Assembly (NCBI GenBank): GCA_965197905.1
Contig: CBDAOB010000005.1
Coordinates: 128,001-192,000, forward strand
DNA length: 64,000 bases
Direction: 5' to 3'
DNA from: Candidatus Latescibacterota bacterium
GTDB taxonomy: Bacteria > Latescibacterota > UBA2968 > UBA8231
Shown here piece after piece: positions 59,607-64,000 of the stretch; position 1 is the stretch's first letter, and every line of letters starts with the position of its first letter. A program made the translations under genes and the position numbers. The notes beneath the pieces are model-generated. The model was not told the DNA's origin. It saw only the letters and a program-made list of their open reading frames with translations, and made no database searches.

Positions 59607-59783
59607 ATCAGTGAGAAGTAATCAGTTCGGCTGCGCCGCCAGTTCTGAATTCCGAAACTGATGACTGTTCACTTCTTTCAGTAGTCAGTGCGGCTGCGCT
59701 GCCAAGAGAGTAGCAGTATAAGTCGACGAGCAATCGGCTATATTGTGGTCGTTCTGGATTCCGAAACTGATGACTGATGACTG
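59607..59783. repeat. Short direct/inverted repeats built on ACTGATG
   Basis: TTCTG(A/G)ATTCCGAAACTGATGACTG at ~59643 and ~59752; inverse CAGT..TCAGT units. Confidence 0.6.
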
Positions 59784-60754
59784 ACCACGGAATGAAAGTC
59801 CTGCTCGGCGTTGATCCTTGCATTCCCTCTCTGCAGGAGATGCAACGTGAATTTCCGGAACTCACGTTCTGCGCGGCCGATAGTCCCGAAACGCAGTTGA
59901 GGCACATCCGCGACACGGAGGTCTGCATCGGGGCCATGACGCGCGATGCGTTTTTGGCTTCCCGCGAACTGAAGTGGGTTCAGTCGCCGTGGACAGGCAT
60001 TGATTTTGTCACGGCGATTCCTGAGTTGGTCGAGAGCGACGTCGTGGTCACGAACATCCCTGATGTGCATGCCCCTTCGATGGCGGATCACGTGTTCGCC
60101 ATGATCCTCGCCTTTGCGCACTGCCTGCCGCAGATCTTCGAAGACCAGAAGCAGCACCGCTGGGACACGAAGAAGTATCACAACAAGATCCTCGAGCTCA
60201 ACGGCACGACGATTGGCATTCTCGGTTTGGGGGGGGTCGGTCGTGCGGTGGCGCGCCGAGCGCGCGGATTTGGCATGAAGGTCTACGCCATCGCACGTGT
60301 GCCCAATGAGGGCATGTCCGACGAGGCGGATGAGATCTGGCCGCCGCAGCGCACCGATGACGTGCTCAAGATCTCTGATTGGTTTGTCGTGACCGCACCG
60401 TTGACGGACGAGACACGCGGGATGATCGACAAGCGGCGCATCGGGCTGCTCAAACCCACTGCCCATGTCATTGTGATCTCGCGCGGCGCGATCGTTGATG
60501 AAACGGCCCTGGCCGATGCACTTCGCCAGGGGCGCATTGCCGGTGCTGCCAGCGATGCACTGCCGCAGGAGCCGCCCGATCCACAGGACTTGGGTCCGCT
60601 TTGGGATCTGGACAACTTCTTGGTCTCGCCGCACAGCTCAGGGCCAACGGCCGAGCTTTTCGCGGGGCGCAAAAGGTTCTGTAAAGAGAATCTGCGTCGC
60701 TATCTAACTGGCGAGCCGCTGCTAGGCGTGCGCGACAAGAAGTTGGGCTACTGA
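59777..60754 (+). CDS. D-2-hydroxyacid dehydrogenase
   Basis: GILGLGGVG, ISRGAIVDE, VSPH. Confidence 0.92.
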   Translation: MTDHGMKVLLGVDPCIPSLQEMQREFPELTFCAADSPETQLRHIRDTEVCIGAMTRDAFLASRELKWVQSPWTGIDFVTAIPELVESDVVVTNIPDVHAPSMADHVFAMILAFAHCLPQIFEDQKQHRWDTKKYHNKILELNGTTIGILGLGGVGRAVARRARGFGMKVYAIARVPNEGMSDEADEIWPPQRTDDVLKISDWFVVTAPLTDETRGMIDKRRIGLLKPTAHVIVISRGAIVDETALADALRQGRIAGAASDALPQEPPDPQDLGPLWDLDNFLVSPHSSGPTAELFAGRKRFCKENLRRYLTGEPLLGVRDKKLGY

Positions 60755-60759
60755 CGAAA

Positions 60760-60930
60760 ACGGTCATGGTGAGGAAATGGACCGTGCACGTTGTTGCTAT
60801 GCACGTCGAAGTTCTCAACCCACGACTCATACTTTTTCCGCACGGCTTCGATGCCCTGCAGGAGCTCGTCGCATGGCTCGATCGTCACCACGTCCGGCGA
60901 ACTGCTGCTCAAACACCGTAAAATAGGCAT
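60760..60930 (-). pseudogene. SnoaL/NTF2-like fragment
   Basis: SPDVVTIEP...GIEAVRKKYESWVENFDVH..VHGPFPHHDRF. Confidence 0.5.
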
Positions 60931-61385
60931 CCTTTCCCACCAGGAGGATGAACAAACTCTGTGCCAGTGGGGATTTCTCAGCAGACTGGGGTTGTTGTCG
61001 CTATTGAATGTGTGCAGTGCGGGTAACAGAGTTGTGGCGTTAGGAGGATATTCGTACCGTGGGGCTAATAGATGGAGGTTATCATGAGATACGCCATCAT
61101 TTGCCTCGTTCTCCTCGGAGCAAGCGTCAAGGCCTCTGAGCGATCGATTCAAAGGCGAGCCCTTTTACGTAGTACATGCCTACCCTGATAACTGCGGACG
61201 GTCTAAGCCCGATACCGCATCGTACTCAGCCCTGTCAATTGGAGGGGGGTCTTTTGGGTAATTGCGGCCGCTGTCAACAAATCGAGCAGTAAGAAGGATG
61301 CGGTCTAGTTTATATTCCCCCGTATTGCGGCAGCAACGGGGCCGTGGTTGGCTCGATTTCCCATCCATCGACGGAGAGAGTTCCC

Positions 61386-61757
61386 ATGATCAACAAGATC
61401 CACAAAATCGCTGTCATAACTGACGATATCGAGGGGGCGGTGCAGTTTTATACGCAGAAACTGGGGTTGGCTGTCGTAGAACGTTTCGAAAACGACGACG
61501 ATGAGGATTACGTCTTTCTCGACGCCGGCGGCATCCTGCTGGAGCTGATGCCGCAGAAGACCATGGGGCAGGAGGCCGGTTTCCACCACATCTCCTTCGA
61601 AGTCGACAGCGTCGAGGACAGCGCGCAAGAGCTGAAAGACAAGGGGGTCACGATCACCAAGGAGCCGTTCGACGTGGGAGGTGGCACCGGCATCACCCTG
61701 GGATTTTTCGCCGGGCCCAACCAGGCGAACCTGCAGCTTTTTCACCGCGAGAAATGA
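61386..61757 (+). CDS. VOC (glyoxalase) family protein
   Basis: AVQFYTQKLGL, LLELM, GFHHISFEVD. Confidence 0.9.
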   Translation: MINKIHKIAVITDDIEGAVQFYTQKLGLAVVERFENDDDEDYVFLDAGGILLELMPQKTMGQEAGFHHISFEVDSVEDSAQELKDKGVTITKEPFDVGGGTGITLGFFAGPNQANLQLFHREK

Positions 61758-61764
61758 GGTCGCC

Positions 61765-62583
61765 ATGCGCCTAGCACGAGCCAACCGCGAGGACATGGGG
61801 GAGTTGTCCGGCGTCCACGGCGGCGCCGGTACGATCCTCTTCAACAGACTGTTGAGCCGGGAAGACTTCGCCACGCCCTTCGCTTTCGTCCACTGTGCGA
61901 TCCTGTTGCCGGGTGGGGGGATCGGCTACCACCGCCACGACGACGGCGAGGAGATCTTCATCACCGTCGACAACGCATCGCAGTTCACCCACAACGGGCG
62001 GACGGCGATAGTCGAGGGCGGAGCGGCGGTCCCTGTGCGCTCGGGCGAGATCCACGCCATCCACAACCATACCGAGCAGGAGACGCGCTGGTTCAACGTC
62101 CAGTGCGTGGTGCCCGGGGGCGATCCCAGGTCAACCGATCTGGGCGACGACCGGGTTAACGCCGAGCTGGAGTCGACCGATCGCCTGCCGGTGGGGCGGC
62201 TGGACCGTCTGGCTTTGAAGTACGCCCAGGCGCACGGGGGCAAGGGCGACATCGGCAGTCGCTTGATCTGGGAGCCGGAGGATTTCCGCAGCAATTTCCA
62301 CTCCCTTGCCCACTGTCTTCTGCCCCCGGACACTTCGCTTGGCTATCACCGCCACGACGGCGTCGAAGAGTGCTATATCGTCATCGAGGGCAGCGGGCGG
62401 ATGACGGTGGACGACGAGACCAGCGAAGTCCAGCAATGGGATGTCATCCCCATCCAGCTGGCGGGCAACCACGGACTGTATAACCACACGGAAGAGGACT
62501 TCGAACTGCTGGTCGTCGCCGTCTGCAGCCAGAAGGGACAATTCGACTCAGCCGACCTGGGCGACGACTTGAGCCAACGCTGA
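61765..62583 (+). CDS. Bicupin protein
   Basis: Two copies of GYHRHD..EE and H(A/G)(I/L)xNHT. Confidence 0.88.
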   Translation: MRLARANREDMGELSGVHGGAGTILFNRLLSREDFATPFAFVHCAILLPGGGIGYHRHDDGEEIFITVDNASQFTHNGRTAIVEGGAAVPVRSGEIHAIHNHTEQETRWFNVQCVVPGGDPRSTDLGDDRVNAELESTDRLPVGRLDRLALKYAQAHGGKGDIGSRLIWEPEDFRSNFHSLAHCLLPPDTSLGYHRHDGVEECYIVIEGSGRMTVDDETSEVQQWDVIPIQLAGNHGLYNHTEEDFELLVVAVCSQKGQFDSADLGDDLSQR

Positions 62584-62677
62584 AACAAAGTGCCGAATTT
62601 GACAACTGGGCTAGCAAAAGGTGCCAACCGCGCAAGCTCTTATCGCAGCCTCGCCTGTGGCACAGCCGGCTACAGGC

Positions 62678-62693
62678 TGGCACGATCATTGCC
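62678..62693 (+). promoter_or_regulatory. Sigma-54 (-24/-12) promoter
   Basis: TGGCACGATCATTGCC, ~80 nt before GTG 62775. Confidence 0.75.
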
Positions 62694-62774
62694 CCCTTTC
62701 GAGGAACCAGGGCTGGGGCTGGAGGCGCTGCCTTGTGACAACCGACACTAAATGCAGTAAAAAGTTCTAGAAAA

Positions 62775-64000
62775 GTGCTGAAAAAATTCGAAAGCACCAT
62801 CCGTCCCAGAGCGCGCCTGCTACTCCTGTTATGCCTGTGCGCGGTCCGAACCGATGCCCAGGAGCCCTGGGAGAATTCAGGATACCTGGATGCGGGAACA
62901 TCGGACCAGATGGCGCCAGGGCAGTGGGTCACCTACGACAGGATTGACGGCTACCAGGGTTTGATCGTGTCGTCGTTTCTACACGACCGTCAGGGGCGTC
63001 TCTGGTTCGCCACCGGAGATGGCGGCGTAAGCTGCCTGGATGGCCGCGAGTGGCGCACGTACGGCCCGAAAGACGGCCTGGGCAGCCAAGAAGTCGACGT
63101 CATGTTTCAGGATCGGGAAGGGCGCTTCTGGTTCGGTACCGAGAAAGGGGGGGTGCGCCTGCTCGAAGGTGACCGTTGGACCACCTACACGGATCAAGAA
63201 GGGCTAGCACACAACACGGTAAGGGCGATTGCGCAAGACCGTGAGGGCCGTCTCTGGTTCGGTACCGACGGTGGAGGGGTGAGCGTCTTTGACGGCGAGG
63301 TGTGGACCACCTACACGAAGGAGGATGGCCTGGCGCACAATGAGGTCGCCGCGATCTGCCACGACCGTGAAGGGCATCTGTGGTTCGGCACCGATGGGGG
63401 TGGCGTGAGCCGATATGACGGTGAGACCTGGACCACGATTTCGGTGGATGACGGCCTTGCTCACCGAGATGTCCGGGCGATCTTCCAGGACCGCCAGGGA
63501 TATTTGTGGGTCGGCACCGAAGGCGGTGGCGTGAGCCGATATGACGGTGAGACCTGGGCCACCTACACGGAATATCACGGCCTTGCCCACAACTACGTCA
63601 GGGCGATCTATCAGGACCAGCAGGGGTATCTCTGGTTTGGCACGAAGAACGGTGGAATAAGCCGCCTCGCTGGCAGCCGATGGCTCACCTACACGACCGC
63701 CGATGGCCTGGTGCACAACAACGTAACGGGCATTCACCAGGGTTCCGACGGTCATTTCTGGTTCGCTACCAAGGGCCGTGGGGTCAGTCGTTTTACGGGA
63801 GAGTTGGGACGGACCTTCAGGGTGGAGGACGGACTTGCACACAACAAGGTGAAGACCGTCCTGCAAGACCGGGGTGGAGATTTCTGGTTCGGCACAGACG
63901 GCGGGGGCCTGAGCCGCTTCAACGGTGAGAGCTGGATCACGTACTCGATCGATAATGCGCTGGCCAGCGACGAAATTGAGGCAGTCTACGAAGACAGAGA
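62775..64000 (+). CDS. Two-component-regulator propeller (Reg_prop) repeat sensor protein, partial (absent from ORF track)
   Basis: Signal-peptide-like start then repeated DGLAHN.V.AI.QDR.G.LWFGT.GGGVS.YDG; runs off the window. Confidence 0.88.
   Translation, partial: MLKKFESTIRPRARLLLLLCLCAVRTDAQEPWENSGYLDAGTSDQMAPGQWVTYDRIDGYQGLIVSSFLHDRQGRLWFATGDGGVSCLDGREWRTYGPKDGLGSQEVDVMFQDREGRFWFGTEKGGVRLLEGDRWTTYTDQEGLAHNTVRAIAQDREGRLWFGTDGGGVSVFDGEVWTTYTKEDGLAHNEVAAICHDREGHLWFGTDGGGVSRYDGETWTTISVDDGLAHRDVRAIFQDRQGYLWVGTEGGGVSRYDGETWATYTEYHGLAHNYVRAIYQDQQGYLWFGTKNGGISRLAGSRWLTYTTADGLVHNNVTGIHQGSDGHFWFATKGRGVSRFTGELGRTFRVEDGLAHNKVKTVLQDRGGDFWFGTDGGGLSRFNGESWITYSIDNALASDEIEAVYEDR

Noticed and set aside
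62920..64000. Periodic DNA repeats as a CRISPR or other non-coding array
   Set aside because: They are degenerate coding Reg_prop repeats in one open frame

Overview
Bacterial, GC-rich chromosomal window with no rRNA, tRNA, CRISPR or prophage. The gene mix (many PhyH dioxygenases, beta-propeller hydrolase-like proteins, sulfatase, small 'IESVRRVARVY..NKDAA.ALG' HTH proteins) resembles Latescibacterota/Poribacteria-type organisms; this is inference. Main content: (1) two GT-C-like membrane glycosyltransferase genes, the second broken by an ORF-less 5' fragment of a group II intron (from GTGCG at 4820). (2) An ~18 kb signalling cluster (6.3-24.7 kb) with a sigma-54 activator, three -24/-12 promoters, four kinases with near-identical DHp domains, a signal-peptide FIST protein, two beta-barrel genes and a cytochrome c'-like/cupredoxin fusion. 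(3) A second sensory block (31.8-36.5 kb): double-PAS kinase, NrtS-like/PAS membrane protein, two PNPOx-like proteins and a GAF kinase. (4) An ECF/anti-sigma operon, followed by two paralogous small HTH genes that each have a structured 5' leader. (5) Catabolic enzymes, a candidate stand-alone structured RNA at ~52.57-52.76 kb, an IS91-type transposase scrap and many gene fragments. Three frameshifts lie in G runs and may be sequencing errors. All annotation is by eye, with no database searches.
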